From positions 1 through 60,342 of the forward strand of contig JBIIFB010000001.1 of NCBI GenBank assembly GCA_044237545.1: a stretch of 60,342 nt of DNA, given 5' to 3'. This document shows, in pieces, positions 44,831-53,922 of this stretch. The notes under the pieces were generated by a model. It searched no databases, had not been told where the DNA came from, and saw nothing but the letters and a program-made list of their open reading frames with translations. Source of the stretch: Pirellulales bacterium (GTDB lineage Bacteria > Planctomycetota > Planctomycetia > Pirellulales > UBA1268). The position numbers and the translations under genes are program-made. The first letter of the stretch is position 1, and each line of letters begins with the position of its first letter.

Positions 44831-46066
44831 CTACCGCCAGCCAAAAACCGAGGAAAGTGGATTCAAAAGAGGGCTCGACAGGCTCAGTTCGCCCGGGCTA
44901 CCGATGGTTCGCATCAGGTCGAACATCACAAAGCCGCCAGTCATCAACAGGAGGGCGCAGCAGACCAGCCCGCAGATCTGCAAGACGCTGAAGCGTGTGT
45001 CACGGACCACATCCACGGCGTCGATCTCGCCGAGATCGGTCCCGGCTGCAACCCCGTCTGCCGGCATGTCACCACTGAAGTCGGAGCTTTCGCTCGCCTC
45101 AATGGGGAAGAAGCTCGAGTCACCCGACTCAGGTTCCACGGCGACAACCGAGCCATCATCCTCGTCGCCGTCAAGGTCGCCAAGGTCGAACTCATCTCCC
45201 GCCAGAGCGGTGGCGCCGTCTTCGTCGAGATCACCTCCCTCCAACATCCCAATGTCGATTCCCGACACGGCTGCGTCGCCATCCTCCAGCGAGAGCCCGC
45301 TGTCGAGCGCCCCTGAGAGGGCGGCTCCGGCGTTGGTCAGCGGGCCCGAGAGCACCGCAGGGTCGACGTCCGAACCGAGTACCAGCGAACCTGTGGCATT
45401 CGAGCCGACGGCGTTGCTGGGCTGCGAACCGATTCCAATACCGGAAAGGTCGATCGCAAGTGTGCCGGAATCGGCCGGGGCAGCGGGCTTGCCCGCCGTC
45501 GGCTTTCCTGCCGGTTTGTCCAGAGAGACCGGCAGGGCAGATGCCGATGCGGCGAGCGATGGCGATGAAATACCGACGATGGAATCGAGATCGAGATCCA
45601 TGGCGTCGAGCCCGAACGCCTCGCCCGTGCCCAGCATCGTCTGCGCAAGATCGTCCTGTGCGGCAGTCCCGCCGCCAAAGATCGACTCTCCCGCAGGGGC
45701 CAACCCAGATCCGCCGCCACCGCCCGTGGGACTGTCATCCGCCAGGCCGATGCCTGACAGGTCGAGGTCGACAGTCTGTCCGGGGCCGGCGACCGGTGCG
45801 GAAGGGAGCGGTGTTGCCGCAGCGATCGACTCGTGTGGCGGCCCGGCAGCCACGTCATCCAGGTCGAGTTCCAAACCCAAACCGGATGGCTCGCCTGCGT
45901 CAGCACCTTCTGCCGAGAGCCGCTCGATCTCGTCGATCTTGAATTTGAGCGTTGCCCCGTCGCGGAGTGGATAGAGCTTTTTTCGCTCAACGAGACGATG
46001 CACCTCGTCGACGGAAACGCCGAGTTGGCGGGCAGCTTCTTCGATCAGGAGGAATTTTCCGGCCAT
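44831..46066 (-). CDS. Helix-turn-helix (excisionase/MerR-like) protein with a long acidic disordered region and a C-terminal TM anchor
   Basis: The N-terminus FLLIEEAARQLGVSVDEVHRLVERKKLYPLRDG is typical of the HTH_17/excisionase type. The C-terminal hydrophobic helix is ICGLVCCALLLMTGGFVMF. Confidence 0.75.
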   Translation of the reverse strand: MAGKFLLIEEAARQLGVSVDEVHRLVERKKLYPLRDGATLKFKIDEIERLSAEGADAGEPSGLGLELDLDDVAAGPPHESIAAATPLPSAPVAGPGQTVDLDLSGIGLADDSPTGGGGGSGLAPAGESIFGGGTAAQDDLAQTMLGTGEAFGLDAMDLDLDSIVGISSPSLAASASALPVSLDKPAGKPTAGKPAAPADSGTLAIDLSGIGIGSQPSNAVGSNATGSLVLGSDVDPAVLSGPLTNAGAALSGALDSGLSLEDGDAAVSGIDIGMLEGGDLDEDGATALAGDEFDLGDLDGDEDDGSVVAVEPESGDSSFFPIEASESSDFSGDMPADGVAAGTDLGEIDAVDVVRDTRFSVLQICGLVCCALLLMTGGFVMFDLMRTIGSPGELSLSSPLLNPLSSVFGWR

Positions 46067-46091
46067 GGTACCTTCGGATTCACAAAAACCG

Positions 46092-46143
46092 GCGATCGGA
46101 CCTAGCGATCGGATCTAGCTATCAGACCTTGCGATCGAACGTT
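46092..46143. repeat. Four tandem 13-mers, GC(G/T)ATC(G/A)(G/A)A(C/T)(C/G)T(A/T), upstream of the HTH gene
   Basis: The copies are GCGATCGGACCTA, GCGATCGGATCTA, GCTATCAGACCTT and GCGATCGAACGTT at 46092, 46105, 46118 and 46131. They lie 26-77 nt upstream of ATG 46066. Confidence 0.88.
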
Positions 46144-46269
46144 GGATGCTCGAGGCCGCACGCCTCTTCGCTCCCCACTCCTCCATTGTCGACGATCAGC
46201 CTGGGAGAGTCCACCGTGGCCAACCGATGTGGTCTCAGCCGACATTGCCGGCAGGGCCGTCGCGGCCGG

Positions 46270-46704
46270 TTATTTCGGCATTTCGAGCATTTTCTTCAGG
46301 GCCGCTGGTTTTGGTTCCTGCGCGTTGAAGTCCTCGACCATCAGATCCCAGCGAACGTCTCGTGTGCTCTTGAGGGTGAGCGTGCCGCTGGAAGGGTCGA
46401 CGTGGTAGATGGCCAGAGCCCGGTTTTGCTGGTCGACCATCAACAGCATCTGTCGGCCATCTTCGAGGGGCGTTGCCTGAATCCAGAGAGAGCCCATCTG
46501 GTCGCTCGGTCCGACGGGCAGCGGACGCCCGGCCCGCTGTGCGGCCAGCCCGCCGCTCCCGAGCATCGCGGCAAGGGCGACCCCCGCACACACGCAGCCC
46601 GAGGCAATGAGAACCTGTCGGACTCCACTGCGGGCATTCCAGAAACGTCCCACAGCATGAATCGCGGGTCGAAGCACGGGAATCCAGCCGCTCGGGTTCT
46701 GCAT
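46270..46704 (-). CDS. Hypothetical small secreted or membrane-anchored protein
   Basis: The ORF has G/C-rich third positions. The start at MQNPSGW (46704) gives the signal anchor VLIASGCVCAGVALAAMLG. Confidence 0.55.
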   Translation of the reverse strand: MQNPSGWIPVLRPAIHAVGRFWNARSGVRQVLIASGCVCAGVALAAMLGSGGLAAQRAGRPLPVGPSDQMGSLWIQATPLEDGRQMLLMVDQQNRALAIYHVDPSSGTLTLKSTRDVRWDLMVEDFNAQEPKPAALKKMLEMPK

Positions 46705-47021
46705 GGGGTTCTGCCTGGGATGGGCAGTCCGGGGTGGGGGCAAGTGGATGAGGCCGGGGAGGCAGGCTTGAACACCGCACCAGCACGGGAAAAGTCTACG
46801 GTCGCTCACACGCAGGCGACAAGCGAGCGATGCCAACATAGGACCGCCTGCGGCTGCCCAGATTGCCTTGTCTGCCAGGGCCGTTCCGCCTCACGCACTG
46901 TTTCGGTTTGTCGGATGTTTCGATTCAATCGGTCGGGCAGAGTCTACCGATGGAAGAGGGACGTCGGTACGACTATGCGTTCCGGCATCGTCGCTTCCCG
47001 CCGTTTCGGAGGACATTCCAC

Positions 47022-48335
47022 GTGTCGAAACTCAATGCCGTCGCGACCCTTCTGATTCGCTCGCCCTTGCTGTGGGGAGGGGCGATCTCCTTCTGCTTCT
47101 TCGCCATGATTCACGGGGGTGTCATCACCGACGTCAACGTGGTGCGGTATCTGGCGGGCCACTGGGTCGAGTATGTCGAAGTCGTGATGTTCTGCGTCGG
47201 CCTGTCGGCCCTACTGCTGATGGTCGCCGACTTTGCCAGACAGCGGCGGCACGTCGGTCGGCAGTGGCTCGAGCCGATTCCGGAGGGGGGGCAGAACCCG
47301 GCCGATGCCCCCGCCCTCGCCGCAGTCCTCGACACGGCCGCTGACGAGGGCGGGCCGGCCGCGTCGGGCTACCTCGTCCGCAGGCTTCGCGAGGCCGTCG
47401 ATCTGGTGGTGCGGACGGGCTCGGCCGACTCGCTCGAGGACCATCTCAAGTATCTGTCCGATCTCGATGCGGCCCGGGCCGCGCAGAACTACGGCCTGGT
47501 GCGGTTCGTGATCTGGGCCATCCCGATCATGGGCTTCCTGGGCACCGTGATCGGCATCACCGTGGCCATTGCCTGCCTCTCGCCGACACAGTTGGAAAAC
47601 ATCTCCGGCGTGGTGGCCGGCCTCGGGACCGCGTTCGACACCACGGCGACCGCCCTGGGACTGTCGATGGTGCTGATGTTCATGCAGTTCATCATCGATC
47701 GCTACGAGCAGTCGTTGTTGGCGGAGGTGGACTCGGCGGCATGGTCAGCACTGGCAGGCCGGTTTCAATCGCTCGCCGGGGACGGTGGTGCGACGCTGGC
47801 GGTCGCGCGGCTCAGCGAAACCGTCAGCCGCAGCTCGGCTCGGCTGCTCGAGGCGCAGGAACAATCGTGGCGTTCGCTCGAGCGGACCGCTGCAGGGAAC
47901 CTCTCGAAGGTGCTCGACGATGCGGGCCGCACGCTGAATCAATCGCTCTCGCAGTCGCTCGACGGCACGCTGGCCAAGTGGAGCGACTCGCTCGTGGCGG
48001 CCCACGAGAGTCTGATCTCAAGGCGTGAGGATCGCTGGACGCAGGCAGCCGAGTCGCTGGCGGCCGCAGTCCGCGGACTCGAACACCATCATGGCAGCAT
48101 CGCCGACCAGACGGCACTGCTCGGGAAGGTGGTCGAGGCCACCCGCGACATCGCGACGCTCGAGCGGTCTCTCGACGCCAACCTGAACACGCTGGCGACG
48201 ACGGGCCGTTTCGACGAGACCCTGGCGACGTTGGCCGCGGCGGTGCAATTGTTGGCGGCACGCGCCGGCGACGTCACCGGCGAATCGCGTCGCATTGAGC
48301 TGCAGCCCGCCCGTCGCGTCGGAAAGGTTGCATGA
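47022..48335 (+). CDS. MotA/TolQ/ExbB proton-channel family protein with an extended helical C-terminal tail
   Basis: GTG 47022 sits 9 nt after GGAGG (47008-47012). The channel signature is FVIWAIPIMGFLGTVIGI...GLGTAFDTTATALGLSMVLMFMQFIIDR. A Leu/Ala/Ser-rich tail of about 170 aa follows. Confidence 0.85.
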   Translation: MSKLNAVATLLIRSPLLWGGAISFCFFAMIHGGVITDVNVVRYLAGHWVEYVEVVMFCVGLSALLLMVADFARQRRHVGRQWLEPIPEGGQNPADAPALAAVLDTAADEGGPAASGYLVRRLREAVDLVVRTGSADSLEDHLKYLSDLDAARAAQNYGLVRFVIWAIPIMGFLGTVIGITVAIACLSPTQLENISGVVAGLGTAFDTTATALGLSMVLMFMQFIIDRYEQSLLAEVDSAAWSALAGRFQSLAGDGGATLAVARLSETVSRSSARLLEAQEQSWRSLERTAAGNLSKVLDDAGRTLNQSLSQSLDGTLAKWSDSLVAAHESLISRREDRWTQAAESLAAAVRGLEHHHGSIADQTALLGKVVEATRDIATLERSLDANLNTLATTGRFDETLATLAAAVQLLAARAGDVTGESRRIELQPARRVGKVA

Positions 48336-50290
48336 GCCGCAAACAACCCGCTGCCGGGCCGACCATATCGCTGTTTCCGTTTCTGGCCGTGCTGCTCTGC
48401 ACGATGGGCGCGCTGCTGGTGCTGCTCGTCCTGTTCAGCAGGTCTGCCAAACATGGCGAGACTGCCGAGGCAACCCGTGAACGCGAACAGCTCGAGCAGG
48501 AACTGGAGCTCGCGCGGGACAGCCTCGCCTGGCGGCGGGATCAGTTGGCCGGCGTTCGCGAGCGGACGGCCGAGGAATTGGCCAAGGCCCGGATTCAACT
48601 GGCTGGCGTCGAGGAGAACACCCGCGGCCTCCAGGACGAACTCGAGAAGCTCGGCCGCACGGCAGCGGCCTTGGCGTCAAACACGGGCGTGATCGCGGCG
48701 GACGAAGAGACACTCCGCGGGCTCGAAAAGAAGCTGACCAACGCGCGGGAATCGCTCGACAAGGCCCGTGCCGACCAGAAAACGAAGGCTCCTGCCTACG
48801 CCGTCGTGCCCTATGACGGCCGCAACGGCACGCACCGTCGTCCCCTCTACATCGAGTGCTGCGGCGATGGCGTCTTTCTGCAGCCCGAAGGAATCCGGCT
48901 GAGTCCGGGTGACTTCGAGGGGCCGCCGGGGCCCGGCAATCCGCTGGCGAGTGCGTTGCGGGCGGCACGGGAACACGTCGTTGCGTTGCAGGCAGGCACG
49001 AACGATCCGGCAGCGCAGCCCTATCCCCTGCTGCTGGTACGGCCGTCGGGGGTGATGGCCTACTACGCCGCTCGGGAGGCGATCCAGTCGTGGGGCAGCG
49101 ACTTCGGCTATCAGCTCATCGACGAGGATTGGACGCTCACCTTCCCGCCCCCCGATTCCACGCTGGCCCAGGTGGAGAGGCGGGCGATCGAGGAATCACG
49201 GGCGCGGCTGGCATGGCTGGCGGAAGTGCGGCCGACGCGGCCTGTCAAGCCGCCGCAACAGTACAGGGCCGCACCGACCCGCGGCGGCGTGGTCGCCGAC
49301 GGCGGCCCGAGCGTGCTCGGCGATCAGTCCCGTTGGGACTGGAAGAATTCGGCACAGGCAGGAGGCTCTGTGGCCGGCGGCAGCCCCCGTCCGGGAGGCG
49401 GTGGCGGGGGACTTGGCAGCGGTGGCGATGGCTCAGGTGAGGGCGGCTCAGGCGGCAGTCGGGGCGACGGAAGAGGGCCCGCCGGTGCGGGTGGCTCGGC
49501 AGGCGCTTCGGGGTGGGGCCAACAGGGTGGGGCCACCGCCGGCGGCAATCCCGCAGGCGGCACGGCCGCGGTTGGTGATCGTTACAGCGGCACTTCGACG
49601 TTTGCCGGTGGCGGTGCAGGATCGGCCGGTAGCGGTGGTGACAGCGCTACGGGCAGCCTGGCTGCGACTGGCAGTGCGGGAGGGACGAGTGCCGCGGGAG
49701 GGCCTGGTAGCGCGGGGGCGGCTGGCACTGCGACGAGCCCAGGTGGCACGGGGAACGGCACCAATTCACAGGGCGGCTCCTCGGGCGGCGGGAGCGGCCC
49801 TGCCATGCCGGGCCTTCACCAGGCCGGGGGCAGCGCCGCCGGACAGGCCGGTGCTGCGGCAGCAGGCGGTTCGGCGTCGTTGTCGCAATCGCGCGGCAGA
49901 AACTGGGCCAGCCTCGCCACGCAGGATCGCCCGATCCCGCTCACGCGACCGATCCGCCTCGAATGCGGGCTCAACGAATTCAGGATGCTCGACGACACGG
50001 GCCGCCGCGTGGAATACCGCATCCCACTATCAGGCGACACCGCGGCGGCCATCGATCCGCTCGTGGCGGCGATCCATGCGAGGGTGAACACCTGGGGCAT
50101 CGCGGGAGATCGCATGTACTGGAAGCCGCAGTTGGTGCTCTCCGAGACGGCCGACGGCAGGTCGCGGCGCGAGGATCTCGAACGGCTGCTGGCCGAAAGC
50201 GGCATCGACACACGATCCAAAGACACTCGCGACCAGATCCGTCCCCTGCCCCCGATCGAACGGACCTCTGCAGTCGTGCCCGCCCGTTGA
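48332..50290 (+). CDS. Hypothetical single-pass membrane protein: coiled coil, globular module, Gly/Ser/Ala-rich spacer, C-terminal module
   Basis: ATG overlaps the upstream stop (ATGA). The N-terminal TM is ISLFPFLAVLLCTMGALLVLLVLF. A heptad-like region is EQLEQELELARDSL...LEKKLTNARESLDKA. Confidence 0.75.
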   Translation: MSRKQPAAGPTISLFPFLAVLLCTMGALLVLLVLFSRSAKHGETAEATREREQLEQELELARDSLAWRRDQLAGVRERTAEELAKARIQLAGVEENTRGLQDELEKLGRTAAALASNTGVIAADEETLRGLEKKLTNARESLDKARADQKTKAPAYAVVPYDGRNGTHRRPLYIECCGDGVFLQPEGIRLSPGDFEGPPGPGNPLASALRAAREHVVALQAGTNDPAAQPYPLLLVRPSGVMAYYAAREAIQSWGSDFGYQLIDEDWTLTFPPPDSTLAQVERRAIEESRARLAWLAEVRPTRPVKPPQQYRAAPTRGGVVADGGPSVLGDQSRWDWKNSAQAGGSVAGGSPRPGGGGGGLGSGGDGSGEGGSGGSRGDGRGPAGAGGSAGASGWGQQGGATAGGNPAGGTAAVGDRYSGTSTFAGGGAGSAGSGGDSATGSLAATGSAGGTSAAGGPGSAGAAGTATSPGGTGNGTNSQGGSSGGGSGPAMPGLHQAGGSAAGQAGAAAAGGSASLSQSRGRNWASLATQDRPIPLTRPIRLECGLNEFRMLDDTGRRVEYRIPLSGDTAAAIDPLVAAIHARVNTWGIAGDRMYWKPQLVLSETADGRSRREDLERLLAESGIDTRSKDTRDQIRPLPPIERTSAVVPAR

Positions 50291-50307
50291 ACCGTGGAGT
50301 CCGCGTG

Positions 50308-51303
50308 ATGCCGCGTCCCAGGCCAGAAGATATCAGCTCCGCCGGTCAGGACTCGTTCCTCGACGTGGTCACCAACATCGTCGGCATCCTCATCATTCTG
50401 GTGATGGTGATCGGCGGCCGGGTGCAACAGATCATTCTCACCGCACCGCCAGCCACGTCCTCGCGTGTGCAGGGCCTTGAAAAAGAAGTGGAGCTGCTCG
50501 ATCAGCAGGTCGCCCTCGCGGAGAGCGACGTTCACGAGTTGGCCGTCCAGGGGCGCACGGTGGCGACGGCCGCCGCCTTCGCGGGCGAGGCGCGATTGCA
50601 ACTCGCCACGGCCGTGTCGGCCGCCACGCTGGAGGTCGAGCGAGTCAAGCAGGAGACGGACGTCGTGAAGGTGAAGGCGGCAGAGTCGGCGGCACGACGC
50701 AAGGAACTGGAAGCGGAGGTCGAACGCTGCAAGCTCGAGGCCGAGGGGCTCGCGCACGTGCCGGCCACGACGAAGGAGGTGCTGGCCTATCCGACGCCGG
50801 TGGGCCGCACCGTCAACGGCGAAGAGATTCATTTCCGGCTGGGCGAGGGGCGGATCGCGTTCATACCGATCGAGGACCTCTTCGAACTGGCGAAGTCGCA
50901 GACGCGGCGGCATTCCGGCTCGCTTGCCGAGATGGCTTCGCGGATCGAGTCGGTCGGCCCTGTGCAGGGGTTTTCGCTCGATTACGTCATCGAGGCGAAG
51001 GTGGACCAGTCACGGGGGCAGGTGCTGATCCGGTCGCGAGAGTGGGTGGTTCGGCCGGTCGGCACGGGCACCGGGGAGACCTCTGACGAGGCGCTTTCGC
51101 CCCACTCGAAGTTTCGCCTGATTCTGGCGGCGGTGACGCCCGAGACAACGGTCACGCTCTGGTGCTATCCCGACAGCTTCGACGTCTACCGCAAGGTCCG
51201 CGAGGAGTTGCACCGCCAGGGCATCCCCGCGGCCTGCCGGCCCATGCCCGAGGGGGCCCCGATCGGCGGTTCCACCGAAGGCAGCAAGTCGGTCGTGCAG
51301 TAG
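50308..51303 (+). CDS. Hypothetical single-pass membrane protein with an ExbD/TolR-like TM anchor and a coiled coil
   Basis: ATG 50308 follows GGAG (50296-50299). The TM is DSFLDVVTNIVGILIILVMVIGG. The coiled coil is LEKEVELLDQQVALAESDV.... Confidence 0.75.
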   Translation: MPRPRPEDISSAGQDSFLDVVTNIVGILIILVMVIGGRVQQIILTAPPATSSRVQGLEKEVELLDQQVALAESDVHELAVQGRTVATAAAFAGEARLQLATAVSAATLEVERVKQETDVVKVKAAESAARRKELEAEVERCKLEAEGLAHVPATTKEVLAYPTPVGRTVNGEEIHFRLGEGRIAFIPIEDLFELAKSQTRRHSGSLAEMASRIESVGPVQGFSLDYVIEAKVDQSRGQVLIRSREWVVRPVGTGTGETSDEALSPHSKFRLILAAVTPETTVTLWCYPDSFDVYRKVREELHRQGIPAACRPMPEGAPIGGSTEGSKSVVQ

Positions 51304-51454
51304 GCCGCGGCAGGCCGAGGACCAGGGGGCGGTCCATGGTGGTTCCAGCGATCCACGGCGGCGGATTGAGCCGGGGGAATTGAGCTTCCCGGAGACCGAC
51401 GGGATTTCCTAAACTCCCGACGTTGGCAGCCGCTCACTGAGGGAGACCGTTGGC

Positions 51455-52522
51455 ATGACAGACACGATGGCAGGCCATTCCTGGCCGGTGGCAGGGGTGT
51501 TTACGAGGGTGTTTGCCGGTCTGCTCCTTGTCGGCGGAGTATGCTCCGCCGGACTGGCCGGGGCGGCAGATGCCCCGCCGTCGGTGCCGGCGACCAATCC
51601 TTTGGCTGAATTGGTCACCCTCCCCTACCAGCCGCGGGCCAGCACGCAGGGGGCGATCCGGCTGGTGGGATCGACAACGCTCCAACAGGCGGCAGCCCAC
51701 TGGGTGCAGGGGTTTCAACGGATCCACCCGCAGGCAAGGTGCTCGATCGAGACTGCCGGCTCCGAGGTGGGCTGGAAGGCGCTCGCCGAGGGGAAGGCCG
51801 ACATGGCCCTGCTGAGCCGGCCTGTCAGCGACGCAGAGAAGGCGGCCTGGAGCCAGGGGCATAAGAGCAGGCTTGCGGTCGTGGTCGCCGGCTTCGAGCG
51901 GTTGGTCTGGATCGTGCACCCATCCAATCCCGTTCGCGAACTCATCTGGTCTCCCGAGACCGGCATCCTGCAGGCAGCAGTCCAAGGCGGTAGCGTGACG
52001 CCCGAGTCGCTGGCAGCGACGCACTGGGACCGTCTGAATGGAGACACCTCCTGGAGCGACGTGCCCATCCGGGTGCACGGCCGAGGGCTGACTTCTGGAA
52101 CACGTTGGCACATCGATCGGATGCTCACCGGCGCGGTGCCTTGTCAACTCACGATGATCGAGCACAAGGCCGGGGCCGAGTTGGCCGAGGCCGTGGCTGC
52201 GGACCGCGGCGGCCTCGGGCTCGTCGGCGAGGAGCATGCCAGTCGGCCCGACGTGAAGCGTCTGCCGGTGCTGATCACTCCCCAGGCGGCGGCCTTGGCC
52301 GATGCCGTGGTGGGTTCGGATCGCAGCCCCGACTGCCGGCCGCTGTTCCTCGCAGTGGCTATTCCCCCCGAGGGGGAGATGGCAGCTGAACTGCGGGAAT
52401 TTCTTGAGTATGTGCTCAGCTACTCGGGGCAGTTAGATGTGGCCAAAGATGGTCTGCTGCCGCTGTCGCGTGGTGAGATCCATGCCCAGAAAGAGCTGCT
52501 CGGGTGGTCGATAGCGAGGTAG
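51455..52522 (+). CDS. PstS-like periplasmic phosphate/anion-binding protein (PBP family)
   Basis: It has a signal peptide. IRLVGSTTLQQAAAHWVQGFQRIHP...IETAGSEVGWKALAEGKADMALLSRP is a typical PstS-family core. Confidence 0.82.
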   Translation: MTDTMAGHSWPVAGVFTRVFAGLLLVGGVCSAGLAGAADAPPSVPATNPLAELVTLPYQPRASTQGAIRLVGSTTLQQAAAHWVQGFQRIHPQARCSIETAGSEVGWKALAEGKADMALLSRPVSDAEKAAWSQGHKSRLAVVVAGFERLVWIVHPSNPVRELIWSPETGILQAAVQGGSVTPESLAATHWDRLNGDTSWSDVPIRVHGRGLTSGTRWHIDRMLTGAVPCQLTMIEHKAGAELAEAVAADRGGLGLVGEEHASRPDVKRLPVLITPQAAALADAVVGSDRSPDCRPLFLAVAIPPEGEMAAELREFLEYVLSYSGQLDVAKDGLLPLSRGEIHAQKELLGWSIAR

Positions 52523-52531
52523 TGGGAGCCA

Positions 52532-52729
52532 GTAGAAGCCCTGAGAGTAAGCGACGGGATCGGAATAGAAGCCCTGAGCGTAAGCGACGGGATGAGAATA
52601 GAAGCCCTGAGCGTAAGCGACGGGATCGGAATAGAAGCCCTGAGCGTAAGCGACGGGATCGGGATAGAAGCCCTGAGCGTAAGCGACGGGATCGGAATAG
52701 AAGCCCTGAGCGTAAGCGACGGGATCGGA
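52532..52729 (+). repeat. Six head-to-tail copies of the 33-nt REP-like unit ATAGAAGCCCTGAGCGTAAGCGACGGGATCGGA
   Basis: Copies start at 52532, 52565, 52598, 52631, 52664 and 52697. There are a few point differences and no spacers. Confidence 0.97.
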
Positions 52730-52773
52730 ATGAACAGACTCTTCCAGGCTCAACAGGAGCTTATGTTTCACAT

Positions 52774-53922
52774 ATGACTTCCATCGGTGATCGTTGTTCG
52801 TCGTTCGTTGGGTTCCGATTGGCCCGTATGCGGCCGGTCGTCGCGCTCGCCTGCCTCGCCTCGGTTGGCTTGGGAACGGGCCCGGCGCAATCAATGGCGC
52901 AGGACGTCCGCACGCGAGATGCCGGTAGTGTCGTCGCGGGGTACTCCTCTGGCGCCGCTGTTGCCACTGCTCCCGCTGTTCCACGGCCCGCGCCGCTTCC
53001 ACTGGGCATCATGGCACGCAACACGGCCAACGGTGTCGAGGTGGTCAATGTGAATCCAGGCTCGGTGGCCCAAGCCTCGGGCCTGCAGGCGGGCGACACG
53101 ATCATCAACGTCGCTGGCTATCAGGTCGGTATGGTTGAAGACCGGCTCTACGACGTCGGGGACGAGGTGGCCAGACACCTGAATGCATCCGGTCAGGTGC
53201 CGCTTCTGGTGCGCAACGGTCGGACCGGAGCTCTCGTGACCATGCCCGCACAGTTCGGCACGGCGTCGCGGGCGATCAGCGGCGTGCTCAATGCACCGCA
53301 GGGGCTGCAGGTGCCGTCGACCGCCGTGATCACGGTGCGGCTGCTTGACGTCACCGAGCCGCAATGGCGGGACGTCGCCCTGACCCAGGGCCAACTGCCG
53401 GCGGCGCGGGGCTTTCCTGTCTCGTATCGGCTCGATCCGCCGGTGCCCACCGCGGGGCATCGCTACGCGGTCGATGCCCGGGTGGAGGATGGTGGTCGCC
53501 TGCTGTTGCAGACGGCCACGCCGGTGCCGCTGGCGGCGCTCGACCGAGAACAGCGTGTCGATCTCGCGCTTGTGCAGGCGGCTGCGCCACCGACGGCGGT
53601 CTCGGTCGTGCCGAGTGCCCAGATTCAGCAATGGATCCAGACCTATCTCGGCCGCCCGCCGCGGCCCTACGAAACGGAGGTCTGGCTGGCTGACCTGCAG
53701 CAGGGCAAGTCACTCGCCGACGTGCAGGCGGGCATTCTGAGCAGTTCGGAATATTTCGAGCGGCAGCGGTCCAGCCGTGATGTCTACGTTGCCGAGGTGT
53801 TTCGGCAGCTCTACGGCACGCCGCCGACGCCGGCGCAGCTTGCCGACATGCAGCGGCGGTACGACAGCGTGCAGGGTGTGCGGTTGCAGTTCGTGCAGCA
53901 GTTGCTTCAGCAGTCGCGTTAG
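52774..53922 (+). CDS. Secreted PDZ domain protein with a YbaY-like segment and a DUF4214-like C-terminus
   Basis: The start is placed after the repeat array (MTSIGD 52774, alternative MRPVVALACL 52828). The PDZ segment is GVEVVNVNPGSVAQASGLQAGDTIINVAG. The C-terminal SSSEYFERQ...FRQLYGTPPTPAQL resembles DUF4214. Confidence 0.78.
   Translation: MTSIGDRCSSFVGFRLARMRPVVALACLASVGLGTGPAQSMAQDVRTRDAGSVVAGYSSGAAVATAPAVPRPAPLPLGIMARNTANGVEVVNVNPGSVAQASGLQAGDTIINVAGYQVGMVEDRLYDVGDEVARHLNASGQVPLLVRNGRTGALVTMPAQFGTASRAISGVLNAPQGLQVPSTAVITVRLLDVTEPQWRDVALTQGQLPAARGFPVSYRLDPPVPTAGHRYAVDARVEDGGRLLLQTATPVPLAALDREQRVDLALVQAAAPPTAVSVVPSAQIQQWIQTYLGRPPRPYETEVWLADLQQGKSLADVQAGILSSSEYFERQRSSRDVYVAEVFRQLYGTPPTPAQLADMQRRYDSVQGVRLQFVQQLLQQSR

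Noticed and set aside
49322-49892. The Gly/Ser/Ala-rich stretch as a DNA tandem-repeat array or collagen-like domain
   Set aside because: I could find no fixed-period nucleotide repeat and no Gly-X-Y periodicity. It reads as a low-complexity protein linker within the 48332..50290 ORF.
47022-51303. A Zorya-type anti-phage system (ZorA is MotA-like with a long tail)
   Set aside because: There is no ZorB-like peptidoglycan-binding partner and no ZorC/D or other nuclease/helicase effector genes adjacent. The tail is much shorter than I recall for ZorA. It is reported only as an uncharacterised stator module.
52532-52729. A possible CRISPR array, given a 33-nt repeat with hairpin potential present in six copies
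   Set aside because: The copies are directly adjacent with no spacers. The unit belongs to the dispersed REP-like family seen at six other loci. No cas genes or leader are nearby.
52504-52773. An N-terminal extension of the PDZ protein made of (SPERKRRDRNR)n
   Set aside because: The frame is open only because the 33-nt repeat is a multiple of three. A normal start and signal-like sequence (MTSIGD... / MRPVVALACLASVGLG) follow the array.
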